This document shows, piece by piece, positions 11,225-24,935 of a stretch of DNA of 64,000 bases (position 1 is its first letter; each line of letters starts with the position of its first letter). The position numbers were made by a program, and so were the translations under genes. Source of the DNA: Phyllosticta citribraziliensis (taxonomy: Eukaryota); assembly GCF_038025025.1 (NCBI RefSeq), contig NW_027117348.1:62001-126000 (forward strand), in the 5' to 3' direction. The notes beneath the pieces are model-generated. The model had not been told where the DNA came from. It worked only from the letters and a program-made list of their open reading frames with translations, and ran no database searches.

Positions 11225-13552
11225 TGAGCCCTCCGACACGCAACAGGGAGTCTTAGAGAGAAAAGACTCGGACTACGACAGTGCGCAGGAAAAAATGAAT
11301 TAGAGTGTCGTTGCCCTGATGGTAACACATAGATAGCAGGCCTACATGTAAGTACTCGTAATCTATTTCCATTAGCACCAATGAAGCAAAATCTTGTGAA
11401 AACAGACCAAAAACACCCGCCGTGCATTCCATTTGTTAACAAAAGTCCTGCAATGACCTGAATTTGTACCACCACAGTCCTGCATGCGCATGCAGCGTCG
11501 CTTCGTTGTACGCGCAAGCCCCGCCACGCGGTCTGACAGCGGGCCCGATGCCTGAGACGGCAGGTCGGTCGGCGGTCCTGCAGGGATCGCGTGCAGCCGA
11601 CACCGAACCGTATCGCGACGACGTGTCGAGGAGAATGAGACCGCGAAATGCAATGGGTGCACTGCAGAAGACAGGAAAGTAATGTGACGGAGGTGAACGG
11701 TGGGTTGTGGGAGCGGTGGGGAGACTTAGGGGCCATGCGACCGGGGAAGCCTTGATAGCGGGATTTCGATTGGCGTTCTGGGTAGATGTGAGAGACTCCA
11801 GAGCTTGTTAGTCAATGAATGGTGTGTACTTGTTGGAGAATATTGTCCGCGTCTATCTTGACATTCGTGGCGCCATGAGCAGAAGAAATCAGCGGGTTCA
11901 GCGCCGAAGCCTGCTGCGCCTTGAAGAAGGAATTCGATGTGGCCCGATGCAATTAACGCCGTGCAAACCAAATGACGCGGGAATCAGCACTCTGGTGGAA
12001 GCGTTCCGACAAAACTCCCCTGCAAGTATACATGTGTAGAGCTGCCAGGAAAGACAAAGCCACGGGGAGGAGTGCAAACGCCTCCCGCTGCATCGTCACA
12101 GAAGAGCAAAGCCTTTGTTGTTTTTGAACGAAGACTGCGGCGTCTTTAAAAACTTGTCGGGCTTCCTGTGGGTTTGGCAGGCGTGTTAGCAATTGCTGAA
12201 TCTTTCCCATCCCGCTGGTTGAGCAGTGTCACGGAAGCACCAGGGGATGTACGAAGGGCGTGCTGGCGGATTTCTACACATCAGCCGCGGCTTTGGCTCT
12301 GGGGTTGGCGCCAGTGCAGCCTAGTTTTGCGGGTGTTTCGATCGCAGCGTGCAGTCCGCTGACATGAAGGCTGTTTGGAGCAACGAGGCATCCATTCTGT
12401 CCACAACAGGCGAAGTGACAAATCGGAGAGGACGGGACACAGAAGTTTCCGGGAGCAAAGCCACAAGACCGAAAAGAGGCCAAGTACCAAGACGAGCAGC
12501 CTGAACCGATTGCCGTACATTTGCAATCTGCTCTCTTGCCTTCGCGACTGCTTTGTGCCAGCGTTTGCACGTTGCTTCAATTCTGATTGCTGGCAGTTGT
12601 GCCGTTCTTTTGTGCTTGTTTTATCCAACATGTCCTCCATGGCAATCCTTTTGAAGGATATAAAAGGTCGCTGAGAAGTCCCTGGTCTTGTGCTTCTTCA
12701 CTGCCCAGCTGCAGTCTTTCAAATGCTCCTTGGTGCTTGTTTCTCTCTCCGCATGTCAAGTCTTTGGGTGTGGCTCCAGTTTTCGTGAGTGCATACAATT
12801 TATTTAGAGTTCCAGATCTTCTTTTGGTAGCATGGCGAAGGTTGCGGAACCCAGGGGTGTTTCGAGAGGCGCCAGAAAGTTTTGTGCTAGGGGGAGGGGC
12901 GGCGGTTCTTATGTCGCGTTGCTGCTGGTCTGTAGTGACATTCTGCTGCCCGATATTGGCTTGGGTTCTGTTCCTGGCTACGGTGTTAGCTTGTTCTTTT
13001 GATGGTCTGACAGTGGGACTCCATTCTGCTGAAGTGAACCTGTCTGCCGTGCGACAACGGGGATTTTGCGCCCTGCTTTGGCGACGGTCGGCCTGAAGCT
13101 CTCAAAGTCTCTTTGCCATTGCTTGCAGCGCGTGCTTTTGCTTTGGTGTCTGAAATATGCCAACTCCCGTTGGTTCCTCCCGAGCGAGTTTCAATGCACG
13201 TGACAAGCGCGTCGCGTCCCACGGTTGGTTTGTCACGCGGATTGTCCACTCGACCTCAACAAGGGAGAATCTATCAACACGCCGCCAAGATGCACTACTA
13301 GACCCTCACGCCAGTCGCACGCTTCGCAAACGCTCTTCCGAACCTACACCGCTTTCCCCAACTACCGGTCACCTCTGAGCCTTGGAGTAGCAAGCATACC
13401 ACCTCATTTCATTTCGAGCGCGTTACTGATCAGTTGATAGTCTTCACGACCGGGATAACGCATCCAAGGACGACTGCCGACCGCTTGAAGGCGCCCACTT
13501 CATACCTCACTCTTTGTTTCCTCCAGCAACCACATCGCGTCCAGCAGCCCAA

Positions 13553-14422
13553 ATGGCGTCCAGCGACTCGCCTCTTGGCCGACAGCTCCAAGTCGACTTG
13601 CCGCCTGGAATAGAGTTGCTCAAGATATACGGCATTCCACGAATGACAGACGTGCTCGAAGTCGCGCCTGAGCTCAAGCCTGCGGACCCGGCCAAAATCA
13701 CGCACATCAAGCAACTCCTATCCCACCTGTCGCGCGAGCAGAGCCTGGCCCTCGCCGAAAAAACCTTCGACGGCTTGCATCCCGAACTTGAACAACTGCT
13801 CGACTCGCTGGATTTCGAAGCCCGCGACAGCTCGGTCTTCAGGCTGCAGAACGGACCCGCGGCTGTCGTGAAGTGCGTGCTTCTGCTCTCGCTTTACCAG
13901 GTGTCCAAGGTGCTGTGGGTCGGCCTCATGGCTGCTATCAGTCTCGAGGCGGCGGACGAGGCGGAAATCATCACGGTGTCGGAAGAGATCGAAGTTGAGC
14001 CATTTGAGGAGGTTCCAGCGCCGTCGGATCCCAGGTTCTATTGCGTTTTGTGTACGGAGCCGTTTGTGCAGGAGGACAAGGCCCTGCAGGTGGGCAGCGC
14101 TGTACAGGACGTGGACAGCGCCCCTCAGGTCATTGACGTCCTTGGACCGACCAACTCGCCTTCGCCTCCTTCCAGCCCCTCCGTCCATGAGGTCGTCAGT
14201 CCTTCGCAGAACGATGAGAGCCCTTCAACCGAAGTCGTCTCGCAGGACGCGGAAAGCGTCTCACCGGGTGCGGATCCCTCCACGGACGACTCAGCGGACT
14301 CCCCAGAACCTCCTTCGTTGAAAGTCGCGCAGACCCATTGCGACCACTTGTTCTGCATCGAATGCCTGACCTTCTGGCTCGAAGTCTCTGCCAACTGTCC
14401 TGACTGTCGCGAGCTCCTCTGA
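13553..14422 (+). CDS. C3HC4 RING finger protein (copy 1), ~95-aa S/P/D-rich insertion in RING loop 1
   Basis: CVLC..CDHLFCIEC..CPDC; GCACGTGAC at 13196-13204 upstream. Confidence 0.85.
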   Translation: MASSDSPLGRQLQVDLPPGIELLKIYGIPRMTDVLEVAPELKPADPAKITHIKQLLSHLSREQSLALAEKTFDGLHPELEQLLDSLDFEARDSSVFRLQNGPAAVVKCVLLLSLYQVSKVLWVGLMAAISLEAADEAEIITVSEEIEVEPFEEVPAPSDPRFYCVLCTEPFVQEDKALQVGSAVQDVDSAPQVIDVLGPTNSPSPPSSPSVHEVVSPSQNDESPSTEVVSQDAESVSPGADPSTDDSADSPEPPSLKVAQTHCDHLFCIECLTFWLEVSANCPDCRELL

Positions 14423-15311
14423 TGGTTCAGCGGCGGACAAACCCAGCTGACAGCGGATACGATCAATGGCTTTGTCCATCCAAGGAGACAGCCCCCAAGA
14501 TTCAAGTCGCTACGATGACCTGCTTCAATTGCTTTTCGTCAACAATTTGCTCCTGCTCCGCTTCGGCGACGACGCTTGCTTTCCTCTTTTTGAGTATCGG
14601 AATGGATTTCATGGACTACGACGCGAGGATCCAGACTGCCCATCAAAAATGTCCAGCGGTCATTTTGAGTCCTACGGTCGTGGCGTCGAAGACTTCTACC
14701 TAGCTAAAATCGAGACAAGCAATTCAAACTCTTCTCACAATAATTTTGATTTCACTGTACCACCACTTGTCCCAAGAAACATTTTTGGAGCAATATCTTG
14801 TAGCCTTGTTGCCCTTGAGAGCTCTTTTTGTATTTGTGCGTAGGCGTTGGCAGCCTGCAGCCAGGAAATTTTGGCGGTAAACGTCAAGACAACACCGCAG
14901 CAATTTGGAGGTGGATGAGAGCTTTCATACGATTTGCCGAGTATATGACTTGAAAAATGCGAGCCCCCCAAGCAGACTCTTCTGGAGGATTCATGGCCAT
15001 GTATACGTTTATAGGGGAGTGTGCCAGGGAGCTTTCAAGTCTCCAGGCAGGATGCGCTGCGTGGTGTTGGTGCCGCCGCGACTACCGCCAACAGACGCTG
15101 CAGTCTCGACGTCTCTTTGTCTCCCACAACAACACCACCTCGACGCTCCTCCGTATACGATTCTCAGATCATCGACCCTTCTATACCGCTCTCCTCTACC
15201 ACGACTCCAAAAGCATCTCGATCTCTTCCGCGTATACCTCTTCGCCTCGCTCCCTGCGCGCTTCGCTCCCACCGTGCCTCACTCCGACATCCGCCTTAGC
15301 AGCAGGTCGCG

Positions 15312-16102
15312 ATGTCTACGCACAATGTGAGATCTCCCTTTGTCCGCCTGCTTGAGCCCACCCTAACAATGCGATTGTCTTGTAGGGCGAGATGGATGAA
15401 AAGGCGGAGCTCCAGCAGGGTGGTCTCATGGGACAAAATCAAACAACCATGGCCACCCAACAAAACCACTTCAACCGCGTGCTGGAGCACGACGCCGCAG
15501 TGCAAGTGTCAGGGGACTTTGGTCTGCCCAACCTCTCGCACTACGTCCGCGTACTGCCCGACGCCGTCCCGGAGAGCCTGTCCGGCCTCATCCACGTCGA
15601 CCAGCTGGTCTCGGCCCTGTCCGAAGCGCAACGAGAGACGATCACAACAACCGATCTCAGCTTCGGCGTCTTTCTCGAAACGGAGCTCGAAGACCTGCGC
15701 CGCGGGTCGTATATCGCCAGCAACCTGCCGCTGATGCTCGCAAAGGTGCTCGTTCTCGCCAGTCTCTTCCGCCTCGCCAACACCTACAGCATCAGACACC
15801 ACGCACGGCGGATGGTCGAGCTAGCCGAGCAGGCGCAGCTCGTGACGCTGACGGAGCCGCTGGTCGTACTCCCGTACGCCGACACGGTGGTGGGAACGCT
15901 CTGCCAGGAGGGCGGCGACAGGTGCCCCGTCTGCTGGGAAAGCTACAAGCTGGCCGCCGCTGACGACGACTTTCTCGACGACATCGACTGCGAGGAGGTC
16001 CAGCTTGCGAAGACTCGTTGCAACCACGTCATGTGCATCGAGTGCATCGAGAGCTGGGCCAAGGAGTCCAGCGCTTGTCCCATCTGTCGCCAGCCTCTCT
16101 GA
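15312..16102 (+). CDS. C3HC4 RING finger protein (copy 2); intron 15327-15385
   Basis: MSTHN|GEMDEK joined in frame by a GTGAGA..CCTAAC..TAG intron; CPVC..CNHVMCIEC..CPIC. Confidence 0.85.
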
Positions 16103-16707
16103 ACGGCACGGTCTGCGGTGGTGGCTTCTCTTCAGCGACTTTTCATGGCGTTTAGCACAGTTACGAATGATATGACTTTTACACTACTGTCTTCTCCAAC
16201 AAATCATGCCCGTGATGTTGAAATTTGAGTGAAATCTTGCCAGCAGGTATCTGATGCAATCGACGAGCTCAGTCGCAAACCACCAAAAAGTGAGTAATTG
16301 GTCGCGGCCGAGGCGAATTTGCTGCAACGAAGATTGTGTCTTTGCAACTGCTGCCATGTACCTTTTTAGCATAAACCTTGTAGTGTGTACGTCGTTTCAT
16401 GTCCAGGCGTGGCGAAGACGTGCTTTGCAAAGGTGCACCGTATTCAAATTCTGATGTTGCGCAGATTTCCCAAAGCGGTAAAGCTTCAAGTCGCCGTGTT
16501 GTTGCTTTCGTCGCGCAGTTGGCGACCACAGCACCTCAACACCATCTCATTGGCAAAATCTCACCCTCCTCGAACAGAACTCGCAGCATTGCCCAATTTC
16601 TGTTCTTTCACCTTGATACAGTAAGCAGCATCAGCTCTTCGTTTCTCTCCGTTCCCGAACTTTTGCTGATATTCACTGAACAGCTCCCACGCCCATTCTC
16701 AAGCAAC

Positions 16708-17730
16708 ATGGCAACAAGCTTGGACAAAGCTTCGCAGCTCACCATGAGCATTGCCTGCTGGATCAAGCTGGGCTCTCAAGGTACCTGTCCCTCACCACGC
16801 CCATCCCAATCGCGCCCCCTTGCCGCCTCATCTCGACTCTACTAACTCAAGACAGAGGGCCTCAAACCCCAGCAATTCTGCAGCTGGGTCGAGACGATAG
16901 TGGAGGAGTGCGTCGGCCTCCAATCATGCAGTACCAGCTCCTCGACATCGAAGACCGCCGCGAACGCCGCCAGTCCCGTTGCCGTCATGGACGACTGCCA
17001 CGCCGCTGCGCCCAAGATCTACAACTTGGTCGCATGCCTGACCGACGAGAAAAGCACCAACGTCGCCGACACCGTGTCTACGCACCTGGACCGCGCCTTT
17101 GACGACCTGCGCCGTGCCTCCTGCACACTCACACAGCAGGGTCTGGAGGAGTTCCGGACGAGCAACGCCCCCCGCATGCTCTCAGGCTGCATCTTCCTCG
17201 AAATCCTATTCGAGGTGTCCCGCGTCTTTGAGGTTGGCAGGTTGGCCTGGCAGTACTTCGAGAGGGCGGCGGAGGCAGACGTCGTGTCAGGCTTGGTGGA
17301 GCTGTTGGACGTCAGGCCGTATGAGCAGCGGCTCTCCGCCACGAGGGGTCCGGGGAGCGTGGCGTGCGGTGTTTGCAAGCAGTCTGCGGAGCTGTCGATC
17401 GTCGTACGCGACGGCCAGCGCTTGATTGAGCCGCGAGCCTGGGCTGAGAACAATGACTTCGACGAGGGCCTCGCGGATTGGGATATGGTCCCGCGTGCCG
17501 GACATGGTGAGAGCGGAGGGCTTGGGGACTCCGCCATCGCGCTCAGGGGCTCCGACACGGCGAGCCTGTCCGACTCGGATGAGGACGACTTCGCCATCGT
17601 TGAACTGGGATCGGACTTCGGCGCTTTCTCTTTGGTCAAGACGCGCTGTGGGCACCTCTTTTGTGCGGAGTGCCTCGAGGCGTCGACGGAGCTGTCGGCC
17701 AGATGTCCCGTGTGTGGGAAGCTTTTGTGA
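16708..17730 (+). CDS. C3HC4 RING finger protein (copy 3); intron 16781-16855; ~90-aa acidic insertion in RING loop 1
   Basis: GTACCT..ACTAAC..CAG intron joins MATSLDK..GSQ to the long ORF in frame; CGVC..CGHLFCAEC..CPVC. Confidence 0.85.
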
Positions 17731-17879
17731 GCGATTCGGGCTGCGGAGATTGTCAGGATTGGCTTGGTAGTCAAGGTTTATACGTAGCCAAATGAAGGCA
17801 ATAACTGCACAAGTCATAGCAAGTGCAGGAATTTGTTATGAACATTAGCATCTACTTACAGCCCGGCCCCACGCCGCCT

Positions 17880-20699
17880 CTACAAATACTTCAACACAAA
17901 CGGATCCGTCGACACCGTCTCCTTGAAATCCTCCGTGACGTTCGGATTGCCATACAGCCTCGCCGCCTGCATCTGAAAATAATACCTGCCCTCCGGCGCC
18001 CACGTATCGTTCTCCAGCTGGCCCGTGAAATTGACAAAGAACGTGATGAGGCGACTAAACGACGCGTCCAGCTGTGCCGGCAACAGCGTCGTGACGTTCT
18101 TGCGCGTCTCGGCGTCGAACAGGTCGACCTGGGCGTACTTGGTGTACATGGAAAAGCGCATCTGGATCCACGGGACGCTGAGGTTGACCTGCGCCTCATC
18201 CGAGCTGTCCCGCGGCAGGCGGAACTCGTAGTCGGGCGGCAGACGCGGTAGGTAGCCGCGCTCGCGGGTCGTGTTGAAGATGGTCGTGTTGGTCGCCGAG
18301 ACGACGTAGATGCCGGGCGTGTTCACGTCGAGGACGGGCAGGTCGCGCAGGCGGCAGCCCACTTGGCCGTAGGGCAGCGTCAGGTTGTCGAAGGTGCCGT
18401 TGATGGCGATGTAGCCGCTCAGGAGGGGGCAGCGGGACTCGAAGGCCGCGAATTTGCTGATGTCTGTGTTGACGCGGATCTCTTTGCTCTCCTTAGGCTG
18501 CAGCGTGAAGGATGTCGGGTTGATGAAGACGTCGGCGTTTTCGGGAACGATGCTGTCGACGAAGTCTTGGAGCGCGAAGCCGGCGGTCAGGGGTGTCTGT
18601 TGCGGAGTTGCAAGCGGTCCTTCAAAGTAGCCTTGAAATGGTATAGGATTTGGATCTCCGTTTCCGCGGAACGAGAGTATCGTGGCTGCGCCGATGTGGG
18701 AGAGGCGGTAGTCTGATGGCTCGGTGCCGTTGTTCGTGATTGTAAATTTCAGCGTTCCGGGATTGAACTCCGTGTCGTTGAATGACAAGCCATAGCTGTC
18801 TAGAATGGTCGTCGTGTATACTGCGTGGTGAGCGTCTACGAGACCACCTCCTTGTTGCCAAACTGGCGCTAAGAAGTCGAACGGAGTTCTGCTGCCGTCG
18901 TTGAAGGGCATGGGCTTGGCTGTCGTCACGAGCCGGGAGGTCGTCTGGTAAAAGTTGAGTCCTGGCCGGGCCTCTCTGAGAAGCGCAACTACGCCGGCAA
19001 GGTAGGGCGTGGACATGGATGTCCCGCTGAGAAGTTGTAGGCCACCGTTCTTTCGTGCATAGGTAGAGAGAATATTTCGGCCTGGGGCAGACACCGTCTG
19101 CTTCAGGTCCGCAATGGCAGGGGGGCCTATTCCGCTGAAGTTTGCCATGCGACCCCCTGTGCCAGCAGGATTCAGGCTGTTGTAAATAATGGGGAACACC
19201 GTCGTGTTCATGGTAACCTGCACGCCCCCTTCTCGGACGAAGCCATCAATGAGGTCTCTCCCAGAGTCAGCGGTCGTAAAGCCTGCCCCTTCAATGCCGT
19301 CGGCAACTTCTTCGAAACGTGGAATCTCAATGTCTCCACGCAAGTCATTGTAGAAGATGACAAATCGGGCGCCAATGGCTGCAAGGTTGCCCAGTTGGTT
19401 GATAAATCGACAACCCCCACGTCTCACGAGCACCAGCCGATTCTTTAGGTCTGGCGTGGGAGTTGTGATTGGTGCACAGGCTTCGTCTTCGCGGCTGGTG
19501 TCGAGGGACAAGGGGTACAGGTCCAGCAGAGGAGGGTAGACGCTCTTTGCCGAGTTTCTCCAGTAGAATTGATTCGGAGTCGAGTCGCTTCCCGTCGTGT
19601 AAGCGGCTTCGTACACGGGAATCCTGTACCGCAAGATCTCAACTGCGCCAATGGCCGTGTTGTCTGTTCCGGAGGCTGATGCTTCGGACGTGAAGCTTCC
19701 GTTTGCACCACTGTTTCCCGCTGCGGCTGCTACAAATATCTTGCCTTCTTTGTGGATCTCTCGAGAAATTTCAGAAATGGGGTCTGTATTTGTTAGCATG
19801 TCAACACCAACGCAAGGGTCGACGTACCGTCAGTAAAGGGGCCTCCGCCTCCGAGTGAAAGATTGATGATATCGACGCTCTGGTTGTATGCCATCAGAAT
19901 CCCGCGTATCAGAGCGCTTGTCCTCGTGAGCTCGTTGCAGTCAAAGACGCGATAAATCTCCAGCTTGGCACCAGGAGCGACGCCAGTGAAGTTGATTGCC
20001 GAGTTCAGCGGATTCTCTGCGGCCACGATTCCCGCCACGTGGGTCCCATGCTCGGCGCAGTCAGAATAGGGGTCCGAATCGTTCTTCGGCATAGCCGGTG
20101 GGTAGATGTTGTCGCCAACAAAGTCGAAGCCCCCCTTGACTTTGAATCCTTCGCCAATCCCGCCTCCGAGATAGGGGTTGAAATAGTCGCATCCCGTGTC
20201 GATAATGGCGACGACCTGACCCTTTCCCGTGAAACCCTCTGCTTTTAGCTTGTCAACCCCCGTCATGCCGTCCACGTCAGGGACGACATCTTCAAGCTCG
20301 TCATTGATGTTCTTGCGCTCCACAATGTCCGCGAGCCGGTATTCTCTTTCTGGCCACACCTTTTCGACCATTCCAATAGACTCAATCATGCCCTTGTAGC
20401 CCAGATTCTTCTTGAAGCCCTTGGTGCTTTTGATCGAAACGGCCACCCCGTTGAAAACATTGCTCTTGAGATCTACCATCAAAGACGCCTCCCCCGGCAT
20501 ATCCATTCTTCTCAGCTGCGAGTTGATTTCTTCGACTGCCTGTCCCGCATTCTGATTCACAGATGAGCTCTTGCATTGGAGAATTGTTGGCTGTTCTGTA
20601 TACCTGGTCTTTCTTGAGTTTGACGATAAACTGGTCCGGCAGAATTTGCCCGAACGCAAAGCTCAAGAAGAGCAGTATTATTAGCGGAAACGCCGGCAT
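17880..20699 (-). CDS. Secreted S8 subtilisin-like serine protease with PA domain and C-terminal Fn3-like region; introns 20552-20603 and 19784-19827
   Basis: Signal peptide MPAFPLIILLFLSFAFG; catalytic motifs IIDTG, HGTHVAG, AAAGNSG, GTSMSTP; PA motif LVRRGGC; both introns restore the frame. Confidence 0.92.
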
Positions 20700-23600
20700 G
20701 GTCGCGCAGCATCAAGTCAATGGTCTGAGGCAAAGACATCCATCCCGCACGTGCAGGTCAACAGTTCAAGTACTACTCCTCATCTTCAACAGTGGCCCCG
20801 CGTTACCTTTCCATACCTAGACGGATCTGGAGGTTGACGACCAGGCTGAGCCGCCTCGGGAACGTCCCGCAAGATTAAAGTTGGCACGGCTGGGACCATC
20901 CCTACCGACACGAAATTTCCCGCGCAATGAGGGCCAACCACAATGCTGGAGTCGCCATGCACGTCTTCGTCCCTCCCATGACGAACCTTCAATCCTTGTA
21001 GACCTGTATTAAGCCAATCTTTACAAACGCTGATCAACTGGCGGATCAGCTCGACCAGGTAGTGGTTACGTCGAAGATTCCGTCGCAAGGCCTAGAAGGG
21101 GCGGGAGACGGTCTTGGACGCCGACACTACGTGTGCATCGTTCGCTTGGGCACGGATTGGACTTGATTAGTGTCGCGGGGCTAGGGATGATGCCCGTCGA
21201 GTGCAAGGGTCGTCTCCTGGATCATGCATTAGCCTTAGCCTTATGGGGAAGGAAAACAACTCGCCGTAAGGGACTCGACAGGGGCTACAAGAGGCTCGAC
21301 AGGGAGATAAATCCGGAGACAGACTATCGAACGCTTTGTTTAGATCAGTGTTGTAAAGCCAGCAAAAGGCGGCGCACTGAAACCCCGTGTTGGATCTGCT
21401 GGATCTCAGCCGCCGGTCCATTTTTAGGAGTCGCAAAAGTCTTCGCTGGATTAGCCTCTCAGACTACCCAGACGACGATGAAGTCAGAAAAACGCCCTAC
21501 GGCTTGGATGATCAGTAAAACGCTGGTGCCAAGCAGCTCCGCCCGATTCCGTCCCGCACCGCTACGCGCCCGAGCCCGGATACTCGGATCCACACCTTAA
21601 ACAAACCTCATGTCGAAAGCGGTGGCGCGGCAGCGTTGATGGGCAACTCGCCTTGGAGTGAGGCGTGGTAAGGCGGCATTCTGTCGACCGAGAGGGCTTC
21701 GTACCGGCAGAAAGCTGGTTGGGTCAATCGACGTGTCGACCCAAACATCGACCCGCCAGGTGAACATCACTTGCCTGGACCGCAGCGTTGGGCGTTGCAC
21801 AGCTCCCTTGACCTTGTCATGGTTGCACTGCGCCACCTGCAAGACTGTGGCCGCCACTGTCAGCCACTCTCCGACGGCACTTCGTGTCAAACCTTGTCCC
21901 TTCGCCGCGACCAATTTTCCCGGTCCCTCAAAGTGTCCACGAGCCCAATCAAAAACGGCATTCTCCTTGTCGGGTTCCAAGCGCGCTTCATTCCCTCACT
22001 GACAGCCCCGGTAGATGAACCTGATTACTGGGCACTCGGACTCGGCGACAATGCGATAATACGAGCCACGCCACCTCTCGTCACCAACAGCGCGGCGTCA
22101 TTCCATCAACTCAACGCCTCTCGAAGCTGGGGCCCTTCAGCAAACGCAGGGTCGCCACGAATTCCACCACTCTGACACTGGAGATCAAGAGAGCAGGCGC
22201 GATCTGGATAATCCACTTCAACGCCCAGGAAAGCGCGCAGTACCCCGATAAACGAGACTCAAGGCTGTTGATGCCAACGAGTAGGACGTCCCTGGAGCCA
22301 CTCCCAACGCCCGTGGGTGCGAGGTCACCCTCACCGGTACTGAGGCGGACGCCTTTGCTGTAGTCCAGGAGAGCGACAGTCTACCACGAAGGACGCTGCA
22401 GCGACTACGAAACTTCCTTAGAGGACCACGTCGAGGTCAACACTGGGCTTTTTCTTCGAAGCCAATACATTCCAGGGCGAGGACGATCGCTCAAATTCCG
22501 TCGACAAGGGCACCGAATCCGGAAGGACGAAAATAGGAACGCAGAATCGTCGCAGCGCGAAGAGTTTCAGAATGATTTGGACATCGCTAGTTGTAGCATT
22601 CTGGAAAACCTTGCGGCATCTCACTTGCCGTCGGCTCTGGGAATGCCAAAGATCCCGAGGCTTTTCTAGAACCACCTATATCTCATTTTGCTGGACAACC
22701 AACCGGCTGTGTCAATCTGCTGTCTTCTAACATTTCGTTTTGGCCACTATGCTCCCGCTTTCCTTGTCTGCGTTTGTGGCTGGGCTCTGCATGCCATGAA
22801 CAGAGCCTTTATCCTCTGGACGATGTCTTTGTTTCCGCTACGTCTTTTTGTGGCGGGAAATTGGTTATGGTCGTCTTTTGTTCTGGGTGGTGCTGAAAAC
22901 GCTTCTGATGCGGGACTGACGAGTGCTGCAGTCTTGTCTGCGCACAATGCATGTTGGAAGCCACTTTGTTGGCCACGGCGTAGGAAACAGCTTTTGCGGC
23001 AGGCTCTCGATCGGAGTCTCTGGACAGCATCAGCGACGCAAACGAAATTGCCAAAATTTCTGCACGCTGGACGCCAGGAGTACCTCTCCACGCTACTATG
23101 GCCATGCCATTGCCCCGAGGACGACGCGCTCGAAAAGTGCGTAGGCCGAATCACTCGTCAAAGTTCCTTTCGTCTACTGCGGAATCCCTCCCTTGTCGGA
23201 TCTTGAGAAGAATTCCCGCAACAGTCATCCGAGCTGCTTCTTCTTTCACAGTCTGTTTCGCCCTTCCGAAGCCTTTGTCGAGAGCCCGCCGCAGGTCGCG
23301 GGCGACGATCAGCAAGTTCCCTTGCCGCTCCTGAACTCGAAACGAGCACAGCGCTGACAATTGACGACCTCAGAGCGGACACAATTTCCAGCCGACTCGC
23401 ATCCAACAAGTCGTAGAGCCCGCGTCCTTCTTCCGCCAAACAAGAGCACCCAGGTGATCTGCAGAGCCGAAAGCACGGTCAACTACGCTGGAAAATCCAT
23501 CGTCTGCTTCAAAGGCACGACAGCGACGTTTCAGGAGACCATTCATTCTCCACATCCACCATATGGGGTCACGGGCCAAGGATCCATGAGGACGCTCTAA

Positions 23601-24917
23601 AATTAGAGACAAATCTGGAATCAGATCCAGCCTCAAAAGCAAAGAACACGCGGACCACAACGGGACGGACAAGTGATGTGCCGGCATTTGGAGAAGGTTC
23701 ATCGCAACAGTGGGCCAGAGTTCATTCTGCGGAGACGGTATACCGATCCATTATGACTTGCAGCTCTGGCCCGCAGTCTGCTGGAAGTCTAGACTCTGGG
23801 GTACGAGGCGGTGGGCCCCCGGGAAGCTCCGCTGGCATGTCTTCTCGCGCGCGACATGTCCGCTCTATCTGATACTTCTGCAGGACTCTACCCTCTTCAA
23901 GCAACAATGGGGTTTTTGGAAGATGCAGCTGTGCGGCGGGAGAGCCGTCAGCTCCGGTACAAACGGATCGGACGTGGCCGGCGAGGAGACTGTTTCGCTA
24001 TCAACCGCCGGGAGATCAGGCAAGGCAATGAGCTTGAGAAATTATTGAGACCTTCAGGTTCAACTGACATTATGCAGTTGCTTCGCTCCTGTCTCCGCGT
24101 ACAAAATTTGAGAATATTCGCACCTGAAAGGGGCAAAACACCACGAAACGCGCCGCCTGTTGCTCCCGACCGTGACAAAGACAAAGAGAATCGACTCCAA
24201 CTCGTCCACTGCCTCCGTAGTGTTTGCTGCCGTACTGCTTGACACTGTGCAGATCCAAGTCTAGTCATCCAGCAGGTTCCGGTATCTACAACAAAGCCGA
24301 AGAAAAGGAATCTAGCTGCCACGATTGGCAGCACCGCCCGGCGGATTCATGCGCTGGCTTTGACGTCGAATGGAGTGGCACCTACGAACACTGCTCAGAA
24401 TTGTTGAGCTACTCTGCTGATGCATGACGTCCTCAAAACCGTCATCCACTCCAAAAACGGGCGAAAGGATTCGGATTTGACAAGTTCTCCTTTCCAAGCC
24501 GGAAATGCCGACAAAGAGTTGCAATCCCACGATACTCCTTGCTGTTGTTGGCAACATCAACGTCCTCATGCATGTTGTCAAGAGCATCCAGGACCAGGAT
24601 CCTTCGTTAGTATCCGAGTTTCGGCGGCAGGGACAACAAGTGTTGATGTTACTCGTCGCATTTCCTCAGTCCACAAAGGCCGTGCGTCCGCAGCGCCGCA
24701 CCCTTTACGACTGACCGGTCGCGGGCCACAGGACCAAGCCAGACAAGAGCGTTTCCACGTCAGCAACGCTACGCCGTAGACCCTGGCGCAACGTCGAGCA
24801 TCTCTCCTCACGATGGGGCCATTTCGTCATCGCTCTGCTTAGAATAACCCGGCCGCTGGCCGCACGCTGGCCGCGAGCACGGATTCAGAGGCTTTGACAC
24901 GCCCCGCGCGGTATCTC

Positions 24918-24935
24918 GGGCGGCCCGGGCCGCCC
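24918..24935. repeat. Perfect 18-bp GC palindrome GGGCGGCCCGGGCCGCCC
   Basis: Sequence equals its own reverse complement. Confidence 0.9.

Noticed and set aside
11700..13250. Scattered protein-like ORFs
   Set aside because: No recognisable motif or consistent splice structure; at most a decayed gene
21100..24800. Many 100-170-aa ORFs
   Set aside because: No family motifs or codon bias; no transposase or RT signatures or terminal repeats found
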